This document shows, piece by piece, positions 40,387-50,900 of a stretch of DNA of 64,000 bases. This DNA is from an uncultured delta proteobacterium (GTDB lineage Bacteria; Desulfobacterota; Binatia; UBA9968): NCBI GenBank assembly GCA_963745835.1, contig CAVUZH010000003.1, positions 704,001-768,000 of the forward strand. The letters are read 5' to 3'. Position numbers and translations under genes: made by a program. A model generated the notes under the pieces. The model was given only the letters and a program-made list of their open reading frames with translations, was not told the origin of the DNA and ran no database searches. Position 1 is the first letter of the stretch, and each line of letters opens with the position of its first letter.

Positions 40387-41400
40387 ATGAGAATCGTCAT
40401 CTTTGGGCCGAAACGTCGCTTGGGTGGGTTGGCGGGCGATTGTGTGATCGACCTCAATCGTGGATTTGCCAGGTATCTGCAGGAACGCGGCGATGGCAAC
40501 CCGAATGAACATGCTGCCGAGTGGCTGCCGCCGGATCTGAAATCCTTCATCGAGGGCGGTCCGCTTGCTCTGGAAAATGCCCAACAAGTGATCGACCACT
40601 TTAACGGCATCGGCTGCGAGGATGGTGGTGAGCTAGCGAACGTTGTTCACAGCTGCTCACGGGTGAAGCTTCACGCTCCATGGCCGGAGCGTCGCATCGC
40701 TTGCGTCGGCGGCAACTACGCCGCTCATCTTGTGGGAATGTGGGCCAACCGGCTCGGCAAGACCGACATCACGTTAGAAGAAGTTGCTCGTGAAGCAAAA
40801 AAAGCAGGGCAATGGGGTTTTTGGAAAGTGCTGGCAGAGATTGCCGGACCGGAAGATCGCATTCCTTTTCCCAAGCGCGTCACTTACTTCGACTACGAAG
40901 GTGAGGTGGCGGTTGTGATCGGCAAACGCGGCAAAAACATACCTGCCGATCAGGTGCGGCACTACATATGGGGCGTTACGTTGTTTCACGACTGGAGTAT
41001 CCGCGACGGCGGCGGAACAGAACGGGCAGTCAGCTATAATTTACAGAAAAACTTCGATGGCGCGGCATCGATGGGACCTTGCATCGTCGTCGGCGAAGTG
41101 GAGCCTCAGAATGTCGATGTCGAGACACGGATCAATGGGGCCGTGCGTCAGAGTTACAATACCAGAGAAATGATCTGGTCCTTTGGCGAGGTGTTGGAAT
41201 TTCTTTCCCAAGACTTCACCTTCGTGCCGGGCGATGTCATCGCCGGCGGTACTTCCGCCGGCACCGCTGCCGACCAATCGCGGCGATCCGAAGGCAAACG
41301 ACCACTCGATCTGTTTCTTAAGATCGGTGACGTCGTCGAGGTCTCGTCGCCGCAGATAGGCGCATTATCGAACCAGATCGTGATTAGTGAATCGGAATAG
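40387..41400 (+). CDS. Fumarylacetoacetate hydrolase (FAH) family protein
   Basis: CVGGNYAAH, DYEGEVAVVIGK, DWSIRD, KNFD..MGP, PGDVIAGGT. Confidence 0.9.
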   Translation: MRIVIFGPKRRLGGLAGDCVIDLNRGFARYLQERGDGNPNEHAAEWLPPDLKSFIEGGPLALENAQQVIDHFNGIGCEDGGELANVVHSCSRVKLHAPWPERRIACVGGNYAAHLVGMWANRLGKTDITLEEVAREAKKAGQWGFWKVLAEIAGPEDRIPFPKRVTYFDYEGEVAVVIGKRGKNIPADQVRHYIWGVTLFHDWSIRDGGGTERAVSYNLQKNFDGAASMGPCIVVGEVEPQNVDVETRINGAVRQSYNTREMIWSFGEVLEFLSQDFTFVPGDVIAGGTSAGTAADQSRRSEGKRPLDLFLKIGDVVEVSSPQIGALSNQIVISESE

Positions 41401-41833
41401 CCGCGCAAAAAGCAGAGACATGCAGATCCTGTCGACGGCGATGAAGAACTTACCCCACACGCTGTACGGCTATTCTGAAGTAGCACGACAGGAAACTCCT
41501 CAGGCTTTTGGCCGGAATTTTTTAATCCGGTAGTTTACAAGCGCTTTTAATTCGTCGTATCAATATGCGCGGATACTTTGAGCCGTCTGTTTTGTGTTGA
41601 AATCAGAACAAGCGGAGAGCTTGAATTCGCGAAAGTGAACAAGGTATCGGCGTTACGTTCCAACTAGATCCATCCCGTGCCTAAAAACCACGAACTGTGG
41701 TGCAAATTTTCTCGCTGGTCTTTCGAGCAACCGGGTCTTTTCATCTGAAGTCGTAGTCTTTGCTGCGGCTAAGAAGCATTCATAAATTAATTGCCTGCCG
41801 GAATGGAACTCGGCCCGTTCATCACTGCTATTC

Positions 41834-42049
41834 ACCCTAATCCGACAATAGTTGAGCGCAATAAGCAATGCGCGAGGACGGCGAGACTGGAAGCGGTGGG
41901 CAGGTGAGCATGCAGTTGCCTATAAGGCCCCGACGTAACCAAAACATCACCCTTAGGGGAATGTGGGGTGGCCTTTAAGGCACTGTTCCATTGCCCACGG
42001 CTGGAGGGCTCGCTGGCCTTGCGGGATTTGAATAATGTCGGATTCGGGT
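41834..42049 (+). ncRNA. Candidate structured ncRNA: long imperfect rod-like hairpin (6S-like architecture, identity unknown)
   Basis: Nested complementary blocks AATCCGACA/TGTCGGATT, CGCGAGG/CCTTGCG, CGGCGAG/CTCGCTG, GTGGGCA/TGCCCAC, AAGGCC/GGCCTT, with several G-U pairs on the + strand. Confidence 0.5.
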
Positions 42050-42081
42050 TAACTATTAGCCGCACGCCGACCTCTGTCTAG

Positions 42082-42097
42082 TGGTACGAGCTTTGCT
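42082..42097 (+). promoter_or_regulatory. Putative sigma-54 promoter for the Rieske/DUF2231 gene
   Basis: TGGTACG-AGCT-TTGCT, about 40 nt before ATG 42140. Confidence 0.6.
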
Positions 42098-42139
42098 GCC
42101 CTCGAGCTGCAAGCAATTGTGAATTAACCGGAGGAGACT

Positions 42140-43018
42140 ATGTCGACGAGCCTACCTGTCGAACTGATCGAGAAGCAGCGATGGTTGGAGCCTATTGCGG
42201 ATCAACTACAACCAACGATTGCAGCCGCCCTCGATGATGAAGGTTCCATCGGTCCAAAATATGCCAACATCCTGCATGGAACCTGGCTGGGACATCCGCT
42301 GCACGCGGTACTTACGGATGTGCCTATTGGCTCCTGGACAGCCGCCGCTGTGTTCGACCTGTTGGAACAAGCAAGTGGGAGCACGGCTATGGGCCGAAAA
42401 GCGGATGCCGCCATCACTATCGGTCTCGTCGGGGCAACGGCGGCGGCTGTCACCGGTTTGGCCGACTGGTCGAAAGTTGGCCGCGACCGGCCCCGGCGCA
42501 TCGGTCTTGCGCATGGCCTGCTGAACATAGCCGCGACTGCCTGCTATGTGACTTCGCTCTGCCTTCGACGAGTTCATTCCCGTCGAGCCGGACGCCAATT
42601 TGCAATGGCCGGTTTTATGATTTCAAACCTATCTGCATACCTAGGCGGACATCTGGTTTATGGCGAAAGGATCGGCGTCGACCATACCGCGGGTTTTTCG
42701 CCGCCGGAGGATTTCTTCCCGGTTCTTGCCGAATCGGAGCTGTCCGATAATGAGCTGCGCCGCGTTGATGCCGGTGGCATGCCAGTACTGCTTGTGCGTA
42801 GAGGAATGCGGATTTACGCGATCGCGGAAACGTGTTCGCACCGTGGCGGCCCTCTGTCCGAGGGCAAGCTCCAGGGTATGCTAGTCCAGTGTCCATGGCA
42901 TGGCTCGTGTTTCTCAGTCGAGAGCGGCAAAGTTGTTAACGGACCAGCGGTGCATCCTCAACCTGTGCTGGAGGTTCGCGTCCGTGAGGGTCAAATCGAA
43001 TTACGATCAAAGCGCTGA
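42140..43018 (+). CDS. Membrane DUF2231-like + Rieske [2Fe-2S] ferredoxin fusion
   Basis: GTWLGHPLH..LTDVPIG, TGLADW, GLAHG; Rieske motifs CSHRGGPL and CPWHGS. Confidence 0.85.
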   Translation: MSTSLPVELIEKQRWLEPIADQLQPTIAAALDDEGSIGPKYANILHGTWLGHPLHAVLTDVPIGSWTAAAVFDLLEQASGSTAMGRKADAAITIGLVGATAAAVTGLADWSKVGRDRPRRIGLAHGLLNIAATACYVTSLCLRRVHSRRAGRQFAMAGFMISNLSAYLGGHLVYGERIGVDHTAGFSPPEDFFPVLAESELSDNELRRVDAGGMPVLLVRRGMRIYAIAETCSHRGGPLSEGKLQGMLVQCPWHGSCFSVESGKVVNGPAVHPQPVLEVRVREGQIELRSKR

Positions 43019-43121
43019 TCAGCCCAGGTGAGTTTTCGCGCTCACGTTTAGATCCGTTGGATTCTAAATGTCCCCGGCGCGGCAAGCAGTCCTGCCGTGG
43101 CAACACAGCTGAAGAGAGCCA

Positions 43122-43247
43122 CTAGGAAGCTGGTTGTTTATTCGTGCACTTGCTCTCATGCTGCTCCAGTTCTTCTCGCGAATCGAACTTCGTGCCGCAG
43201 ATAATACACTTGTATAAATCGTCTGGCCGTTCAGTTTCGCGTTCCAT
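43122..43247 (-). CDS. 41-aa C2H2/C2HC-type zinc-finger microprotein (not in the ORF track)
   Basis: AGGAG RBS then MERETERPDDLYKCIICGTKFDSREELEQHESKCTNKQPAS*: Y-x-C-x2-C-x3-F-x5-L-x2-H-x3-C. Confidence 0.7.
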   Translation of the reverse strand: MERETERPDDLYKCIICGTKFDSREELEQHESKCTNKQPAS

Positions 43248-43432
43248 ACGATACTCCTATAGCAAAGGCAGTTCGAAACTAACATGCCAGCGTGTGCAAA
43301 GAGCTCTTTTCTCGCGCTACTGGCGATCCTTTCTATTTGCTTGAGACCAAAGATTGCGCTTGCTATCAACATTCCTACCGGTGACGAAGGCAGCGCGCGA
43401 TGCCGATAACGCCAATGAGTTGATCGAGAAGT

Positions 43433-43973
43433 TTACAAAAAAATGCTGATGTTTTTTGCTGCCAAATTGGCTTGATCCAGGATGATCTTTCGTCGAGCAA
43501 TCTTGAAGTTGTCGTCTGCCCTGCGCAGCAAGTCATGACGGGTGCCGACGAAGAGATCCTGGTCCTTCTCCATACGGGTTCGGTAGCATAAAAAATTCGA
43601 TTGAACTTCAATCTCTGAGCCGCTGTCCTTCTTGACCCGAATGTTGGAAACGAGGTGACGGGTTCGCGATGGCGGCATCTCGGCCCAGGCGTTTTTCGCG
43701 TAAACCCGCTCGACTCGCACCTTCAGCGCATTTTTAGTGTCGTTGAAGTAATAAGCCTCGCCGGGTTTCGATAGCTCGTCGTTCAAGTCCGCCGATCGTT
43801 CCAGAGGATTGTAACGGATCGGCATCCAGTAGTGCACGTCATCGGTTAGATAGATCGAGCCAGTCGCGCAACCGGCGATCGTCCAGCAACTCGGCCTCAT
43901 AGTAAAAAAAATCTTCGATCGAGTGGCGCAGGTCGTGGTCTGTTCTATACGCGCTCGGTGCCGGCGATTTCAT
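43433..43973 (-). CDS. Aromatic ring-hydroxylating dioxygenase beta subunit; frameshift near 43850
   Basis: IEDFFYYEAELLDDRRLRDWLDL then TDDVHYWMP, AWAEMPPSRTRH, IARRKIILDQ..KNISIFL. Confidence 0.85.
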
Positions 43974-45234
43974 TCCAGCTGTTTGCCTCCATCATTTTGG
44001 CCCAGTGCATGTACAGGTTCATCTGGTTGTTGTCGCTAAACCGGCTGGCCAGTCGGCCAGGTAAATCATTTTGGACAATTTCGTCACCGCCGCTCATCTG
44101 GTAATTGGCCGGATAGCGCCTGGCGATCAGGCTCTTGGCGGCGCCCGTAACCTGAATCCAGTTGTCCATATCATCCTGCTCGAAAATGCCGCTGGGACTG
44201 AAGCGGTATTGCGAAACAAAACGCATCACATCCTTGGTTTTGGGAGACGCCGCTTTATCGACGATGGCCCAACTCCAGATCTCCATCTTGTCGGGACCGC
44301 GCGGCTGCCACACACGGATCGTACGCGTAAGCCAGTGGACAGAAAAATTGGGGAAAACTGTACCGGCCGAAGGAGAAATCTGCCGCGCCCGAACCGTACC
44401 GAGTCGCTGCTCGATCTCGCTGGCGTGCTCTTTCATGTAATTGAGTAAATCTTCGTCCGGTTGCGCGAACCACGGGCCGGCATCATCCGGTGGCGTCAGC
44501 CAAGAAACAAGAATGTGACCGTTACCGCAGGCAATCTGGCAGCCTTTGTTCCATTTGCGGGTCGAGCTCGATGTCGTGTCGACGCCGAGTTCTCGGGCGG
44601 AACCGTGAGTATATGAAATATGATAACCATCACCGCCGAAATTTTCTGCAGCGGTTTTCCAGTTGGCATCAACAATCCAGCGATGCGGTCCACTGACTTC
44701 GGTGCCACCCTCGCGGCGATCCAATAAAATATCCAGGTACCAGGCCATGTCGCCTAAATAGTCGAGCAACGGTGGCGCCGCCGGATCGAACGTGGCGAAG
44801 ATCAGACCTTTATAACTGCTTAGTTGAGCCACGGGAACGAGACCCCACTGCTCGCGGTCGAGCCCGGGAAAGGCATCCGGCATCGGCACAATCGCCAGTT
44901 TGCCTTCGCTGCTATAGGTCCAGCCGTGATAGGAGCAGGTAAACACTTTGGCGTTGCCGCGATCGGCGCGGCACACGCGATTGCCGCGATGTCGGCAAAC
45001 ATTCAGATAAGCGTGCATCTGCCGGTTCAAGTCGCGCCACAGGATAACCGGCTCTTCGCCCATGTAGGCGGTAACAAAATCGCCGGGATAGGGGATCTCG
45101 CATTCATGGCCAAGATAAAGCCAGCAGCGCGCAAAAATCCGTTCGCGCTCCACTTGGTAAATCTCTCGATCGGCAAAGATGCGCCGGTCGATAAGACCGC
45201 CTTCGGGATCGATTAGAGATTTGATTTCCACCAT
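43945..45234 (-). CDS. Aromatic ring-hydroxylating dioxygenase alpha subunit
   Basis: Rieske CRHRG/CSYHGW, ANWK..ENF..DGYH..TH, EQDDMDNW; AGGAGG RBS before ATG 45234. Confidence 0.92.
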   Translation of the reverse strand: MVEIKSLIDPEGGLIDRRIFADREIYQVERERIFARCWLYLGHECEIPYPGDFVTAYMGEEPVILWRDLNRQMHAYLNVCRHRGNRVCRADRGNAKVFTCSYHGWTYSSEGKLAIVPMPDAFPGLDREQWGLVPVAQLSSYKGLIFATFDPAAPPLLDYLGDMAWYLDILLDRREGGTEVSGPHRWIVDANWKTAAENFGGDGYHISYTHGSARELGVDTTSSSTRKWNKGCQIACGNGHILVSWLTPPDDAGPWFAQPDEDLLNYMKEHASEIEQRLGTVRARQISPSAGTVFPNFSVHWLTRTIRVWQPRGPDKMEIWSWAIVDKAASPKTKDVMRFVSQYRFSPSGIFEQDDMDNWIQVTGAAKSLIARRYPANYQMSGGDEIVQNDLPGRLASRFSDNNQMNLYMHWAKMMEANSWNEIAGTERV

Positions 45235-45266
45235 CGTGCCTCCTGGCCTTTCAGCGCCTCGCCTTG

Positions 45267-45295
45267 GTGATAGTAGGACCGTCAACCACTGTCAA
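45267..45295 (-). promoter_or_regulatory. Possible sigma-70 promoter of the dioxygenase genes
   Basis: TTGACA-N17-TATCAC on the minus strand. Confidence 0.4.
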
Positions 45296-45512
45296 GGTTA
45301 TGCTCCGGCTTCGTGCGCGAGGCTGTCGAGCTTCCATAGCATGGTGCGGCTAGTACTCGTCCTTCGAAGATCGAGCTCTGACCCGGAATTTTCGAACCGT
45401 TGAACGTTGAACTAACTTCCAAGATCTTGAGACCCGCATCGATCGGGTGTAAGACACACGAGATTATCCCCGAAGCCGGATACATTGAATTACGATTGGA
45501 GGAAGATCGAGC

Positions 45513-46019
45513 ATGACTGCTGAGGCCGAGTACGCGGCTGTTCCGATAACCGTGACCGTCAACGGAGTGAAGCATGAGACCGTGGTCGAGCCACGAACCT
45601 TGCTGGTTTATTTTCTGCGCGAACAACTGGGATTGACCGGAACGCATGTGGGTTGCGATACCAGCCAGTGCGGCGCCTGCACGATCCACCTTGACGATCG
45701 AGCAGTAAAATCCTGCACGATTTTGGCGGTCCAGGCCAATGGCAAAAGGATTACTACCATCGAGGGACTGGCGCAGGACGATGATTTTCATCCGGTGCAG
45801 CAGGGTTTTCGCGAGAAGCATGGCCTGCAGTGCGGTTACTGCACGCCTGGCATGATCATGACCGCCGCTGATTTGCTCCGCACCAACGCTAATCCAAGCG
45901 AGGAAGAGATCAAGCACGCTCTGGAAGGAAATCTGTGCCGCTGCACGGGCTACGTCAACATCGTCGAGTCGGTAAAATGGGCCGCAGAGAAGATCGGAGA
46001 CAAGAATGTTTCCCGCTAA
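45513..46019 (+). CDS. coxS: Molybdenum hydroxylase [2Fe-2S] subunit (CoxS/CutS-like)
   Basis: [29 protein letters not shown]. Confidence 0.9.
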   Translation: MTAEAEYAAVPITVTVNGVKHETVVEPRTLLVYFLREQLGLTGTHVGCDTSQCGACTIHLDDRAVKSCTILAVQANGKRITTIEGLAQDDDFHPVQQGFREKHGLQCGYCTPGMIMTAADLLRTNANPSEEEIKHALEGNLCRCTGYVNIVESVKWAAEKIGDKNVSR

Positions 46020-46872
46020 CTTTGGCTACGTTGCGCCACGGTCGCTAGACGAAGCGCTGCAGTTGTTAAAGCAGCACGGTGAAGATGCCAAACTGCTGGC
46101 CGGCGGCCACAGTTTATTGCCGGCGATGAAGCTGCGACTGGCTTCACCGCGGACCTTGATAGATCTGGGGACGGTGCCCGGTCTCAGTGGCGTGCGTTTA
46201 GAAGGTAATAGGTTGGTGATCGGCGCTTTGACGGTGCATGCGGATGTCGGCTCATCCGATCTCGTGCGCAAACATTTTCCGGGATTGGTCGATGCCGCCT
46301 CAGTGATCGGCGACGTGCAGGTGCGCAACCGTGGGACGATTGGCGGCAGCGTCGCTCATGCCGATCCGGCGGCCGATTTTCCGGTAATTTTAACCGCTCT
46401 CGATGCCTCCTTCGTATTGAACTCGAGCGGTGGCAATCGGACAGTCGCGGCGGACGAATTTTTCACCGATTATTTCACCACGGCGATGGCGCCCGGCGAA
46501 ATACTTACGGAGATCCTGGTACCGTTGCCGCCTGCCGGCAGCGGCACCGCCTATCACAAGCTGGCGCATCCGGCTTCGGGATACGTGGTCGTCAGCGCTG
46601 GCGCGATGATTACGCGCCAGCAATCCGGCTCGTGCGCATCGGCGCGCATCGTCATCGGCGGTTTAGGCAGCGGTCCCATTCGAGCAGTCGCCAGCGAGAA
46701 GGAATTGCAAGGCAAGGTCCTCAATCCACAAAACATCGCCGCCGCGGCGGCTAAAGCGGCCGAAGGCGCCGACCCGGATGACGACATCTACGCCAGCGCC
46801 GAGTATAAAAGGCATATGGCAACGGTGCTGGCGCGCCGAGCGATAGAAGCCGCAATCCAACGAGCCGCTTAA
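46006..46872 (+). CDS. coxM: Molybdenum hydroxylase FAD subunit (CoxM/CutM-like)
   Basis: [34 protein letters not shown]. Confidence 0.9.
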   Translation: MFPANFGYVAPRSLDEALQLLKQHGEDAKLLAGGHSLLPAMKLRLASPRTLIDLGTVPGLSGVRLEGNRLVIGALTVHADVGSSDLVRKHFPGLVDAASVIGDVQVRNRGTIGGSVAHADPAADFPVILTALDASFVLNSSGGNRTVAADEFFTDYFTTAMAPGEILTEILVPLPPAGSGTAYHKLAHPASGYVVVSAGAMITRQQSGSCASARIVIGGLGSGPIRAVASEKELQGKVLNPQNIAAAAAKAAEGADPDDDIYASAEYKRHMATVLARRAIEAAIQRAA

Positions 46873-46882
46873 AAACAAAGCC

Positions 46883-46980
46883 GTGTTCGTGCTCGTATCG
46901 TGTTCAGAAGACAAGACGCGGAAGATCATAATAGTTCTTCTTTGATTCTCAGACGAACACGAATCACTATCACGAGCACG
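46883..46980. repeat. Intergenic inverted repeat of CGTG(C/T)T-type units between coxM and coxL
   Basis: CGTGTTCGTGCTCGTATCGTGTTC ... GAACACGAATCACTATCACGAGCACG. Confidence 0.55.
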
Positions 46981-47006
46981 TTATTTCTTTTGACGAGGTT
47001 GAACTC

Positions 47007-49320
47007 ATGACAACTGAACACAACAGCGATGGTTTGATCGGCGCTTCGATTCGACGGGTAGAAGATCCTCTGCTGATTAGCGGCAAAGGTTGTTACGTCG
47101 ACGACATCAACCTGCCGGGCATGTTGCACATGATGGTGCTGCGCAGCGCCTATCCCCATGCAAAGATAGTTTCGATTGATACCGACACGGCGAGATCCAT
47201 GAAAGGGGTCGTCGCCGTGGTAACCGGACCGGAACTGCCGGAACGCTTGAACATCAATGCTCAGGTGATGTTTCCGGGTCAGAAGATTCCGCCGCATCCG
47301 GTGCTGGCGCGCGGTGCCGTGCACGCTCCGGGGACGCCGGTCGCTGCGGTGGTCGCCGAAAGTCGCGCGATTGCTCAGGACGCGTGCAATGCCATCGAAG
47401 TGGAATACCAAGCCTTGCCATCGATACAGAACGCCGAAGATGCGCTCAGGCCAGGCGCGCCTCTCGCTCGTGAAGAGTTGGACAGCAATATCTGTTACAC
47501 GGCGGTGAAAAAAGGCGGCGATGTCGATAAGGCGTTTGCCCAAGCAGAGCATATCGTTCGCATGCACATCGTCAGCCCGCGACAGGTTGCTCTGGCCATC
47601 GAGCCGCGCGGCGTCGCAGCCAATCCTGATCCGATGGGCAAGAGCCTGACAGTCTGGCTTTCCACCCAAGGCCCGCACCGGGCGCGCGCCGATCTCGCTA
47701 GTACCCTCGGCATTCCGGAAAACAAAATCCGCTTGATCGCGCCCGATGTGGGCGGTGGATTCGGCAGCAAAGGGCCGCTTTATCGCGAAGACGTTTTGAC
47801 TAGTTACCTGGCGCTAAAGTTGCGCCGTCCGGTCAAATGGGTGGCCACCCGCAGCGATGATTTTGTCACGACGATTCAGGGCCGCGACCAGGCGATGACG
47901 TCCGAGTTGGCGCTCAAGAAAGACGGCACGATGTTGGGACTTGAAGGTTCGCGTGGTCGCCAATCTCGGTGGCTATCTGCAATCGAGCACGGCCGGGCCG
48001 CCGCAGCGGATGATGGCGATGGCGCCGGGCTGTTATCAGATTAGAGACTGCCATGTCGAAGTCGTCGGTGTGTTTACCAACACGGTTCCGACCGGTCCAT
48101 ATCGTGGCGCCGGCCGGCCCGAGTCGGTGTTGAACATCGAGCGGCTGATCGACAAGGCGGCCAAGGATCTCGGCATTGATCGGCTGGAAATCCGCCGGAA
48201 AAATTTTATTCGACCCGAACAGTTTCCCTATAAGACGGCAGTCGGCATGGAGTACGACTCGGGCGATTATTTCAAATCGCTCGACGAGGCAATCAAAATT
48301 TCCAACTACAAAGATCTCCTGCGCCAGCGCGATGAGCGGCGCGCGCGCGGCGAAATCGTCGGCGTCGGCGTTTCTACTTTTGTCGAACCCAGCGGCGGCG
48401 CCGGCTTTGAAAGCGGCACGGTGCGCGTCGAGCGTACCGGCGAGATCACCGTGCTTACGGGATCGAGCTCCCACGGCCAAGGACACGAAACGGTATGGGC
48501 ACAAATTGCCGCGGAAATGTTAAAAACGGATATGGAGCACGTAACCGTGCTGCACGGCGACACCTACGTATCGCAGCAGGGCACCGGAACATTTGGCAGC
48601 CGCAGCGCGGTGGTGGGCGGTGGCGCTTTAGCGACCGCGGCCCAGCGTGTGATAGAAAAGGCCAAGCGCATCGCCGCCCATCTGGTTGAAGCATCTGCCG
48701 AAGACGTGGTTCAGGCTGACGGCGGATTTTCCGTCGCCGGTGTTCCCGAAAAGAAAGTCACCTGGCGCCAGATCGCCGCGGCGGCCTATAGCGGGAAAAT
48801 TCCGCCGGGCATGGAGAACGGTCTCCAGGAAACCTGCTTTTTTGATCCCAGGCGTGAGGCGTGGGGCTATGGCGCCCATGTTTGTGTGGTCAGCATCAAC
48901 CGCGAAACCGGCGAGCCCAAGATCGAGAAACTCGTGCTTGTCGATGATTGCGGCGTGCTGATTAATCCGATGATCGTCGAAGGACAGATTCACGGAGGCG
49001 TGGCGCAGGGACTCGGTGAAGCGCTGCGCGAGCAAATGGTCTACAGCGAAGACGGCCAAGTGCTCACCGGCACATTGATGAATTATGCGGTTATGCGCGC
49101 TACCGATATGCCGCCGCTAACCCTCGGCGAAACCGTCACGCCCAATCCGTTTCACCCGTTAGGCGTCAAGGGAGTCGGTGAAGCCGGCACCAACGGCGCG
49201 CCGCCGGCGGTGGCCAATGCGGTGATGGATGCGCTGGCGCCGCTAGGCATCGATCATATCGATATGCCTTACACTGCGCCAAAGCTCTGGCAAGCGATTC
49301 GCCACGCGGGTGGAACTTAA
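47007..49320 (+). CDS. Xanthine dehydrogenase-family molybdopterin subunit (CoxL-like, non-form-I); frameshift near 47940
   Basis: RVEDP, DVGGGFGSK, PYRGAGRPE, HGQGHET, GTFGSRS, GQIHGGVAQGLG, GVKGVGEAG. Confidence 0.88.
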
Positions 49321-49718
49321 AAACCGTGATCGTGGCGGGGCTCGTGTCCGTGGAAGAACTACGACCGCATGCGGCGCGCTTTCTCCTGGTGCAAAGCCCG
49401 CTCAAATCCTGGTCGTCGAAGCGAAAAACGTCGTCAGGAAAATAAAAGTTTTCTTCGGGCGAGTTTGTTGGAATGGATTCTCCTTTCCAACTTTCAATCA
49501 CTGCGGGTTTGATTACTCGGAGCTTGCTGCGTGCTAGTTCACTAAAGATCCTTGTCACGAGATTTGCCCGTTTTAGTTAACACGCGCACGTGCTTTATCA
49601 TCTCCACATATGCTTGATTCCACTGGAGCCTGCTTTCCCCACCTGCGGAACAAAATCTCGCTATAAAGAACCCTCGTGTCGGCACACCGGCGAGTTGAAT
49701 GGCCTTTTATATTGGCCG

Positions 49719-49747
49719 TTGACAAATATCCTTAACCGTAATTGAAT
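49719..49747 (+). promoter_or_regulatory. Possible sigma-70 promoter of the TTT transporter operon
   Basis: TTGACA-N17-TTGAAT about 50 nt before ATG 49795. Confidence 0.4.
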
Positions 49748-49794
49748 CCATCCCGTTTTCGAGATACGGCTTTGCTCTTGAGTGAGGAGATCAT

Positions 49795-50871
49795 ATGACG
49801 GAAAGAGAATCGATCTTTAGGTCTGTGGCACGGCTTCTGGTAATTGCCGTGTCGTTGCATTTGTCTGTGTTAGCAGCCGAGGTGTTTGCCCAGGCTTCGT
49901 TCTTTCAGGGGAAGACGATCACGATCGTTCAAGGCAGGGATCCGGGTGGTTCGGGAGATCTTCGAGTCAGAGCTTTGGTGCCGTTCTTGGAAAAGTACAT
50001 TCCGGGTAACCCCAAAATCGTTATGGAGTTCATGCCCGGCGGCGGCAGCCGTAAAGCGGCCAACTATCTTTTTCGTACGGCCAAGCCGGACGGATTGACC
50101 ATGGGCAATCTCAGCGGCGGTATGGTCTCGCTTGCCGTACTCGGCGAGTCCGGCATTCTCTACGACCTCGATAAATTTTATTACCTGGGTTCTCCTTACA
50201 GCACTTATCACGCTGTCTTGGTGAGCCGAAAAGAGGCGGGCCTGGACACGATCGAAAAGCTTCGCGCTACTCCCGGGCTCAAACTCGGCGCGCAGTCGGT
50301 GGGCTTCTCGACCTTTCTGGAAGCGCGAGTGTTCGCCTATATACTCGGACTCAAAGATACCAGCTTCATTGCCGGCTACTCCGGAGTCGAGCTCGATCCG
50401 GCGCTATTGCGCGGTGAGATCGACCTGCGCTCCAACGGCGCGGACACCATCGTGCAAAGAAATAAAGACTGGTTGAAAGGCGGAGTGGTTAATTTCCATG
50501 CGATCACCGAAACCCCCAAAGGTGAAAAGCATCCGGCTTTCCCGAGCCTGCCTGAGATCGAAACGTTTGCAAAAAGCCCTCTCGACCGCAAAATCATCGC
50601 CATGCAGCGCGCCTTTAGAGTGACCGGGACGCCGTTTGTTCTGCCGCCGGGGACGCCTAAAGATCGCGTGCAAACTCTTCAGGATGCATTTCGCAAGACT
50701 TACAAAGATCCGGAGTTTGCGAAGCATTATCAGAAACTCACCAGCGATGAGCCGAGTCCACTGATGCCCGAGGATCACGAAAAAGCGATTCGAGATGTGC
50801 CGCGGGATCGGGAAGCCGTGGAAGTTTTTAAGCGGCTCGCCAATGCGGTTGCGCTGCCACCACGCCGCTAG
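49795..50871 (+). CDS. Bug/TctC-like tripartite tricarboxylate transporter substrate-binding protein
   Basis: Signal peptide; FFQGKTI, PGGSGD, IPGNP, MPGGGS, KPDGLT, PPGTP. Confidence 0.85.
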   Translation: MTERESIFRSVARLLVIAVSLHLSVLAAEVFAQASFFQGKTITIVQGRDPGGSGDLRVRALVPFLEKYIPGNPKIVMEFMPGGGSRKAANYLFRTAKPDGLTMGNLSGGMVSLAVLGESGILYDLDKFYYLGSPYSTYHAVLVSRKEAGLDTIEKLRATPGLKLGAQSVGFSTFLEARVFAYILGLKDTSFIAGYSGVELDPALLRGEIDLRSNGADTIVQRNKDWLKGGVVNFHAITETPKGEKHPAFPSLPEIETFAKSPLDRKIIAMQRAFRVTGTPFVLPPGTPKDRVQTLQDAFRKTYKDPEFAKHYQKLTSDEPSPLMPEDHEKAIRDVPRDREAVEVFKRLANAVALPPRR

Positions 50872-50900
50872 ACTCCGCGCATTCAATTCTGGGAGAAGCA

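Noticed and set aside
47007-49320. True (form I) aerobic CO dehydrogenase
   Set aside because: The active-site loop is PYRGAGR, not AYxCSFR, and no coxDEFG genes are nearby
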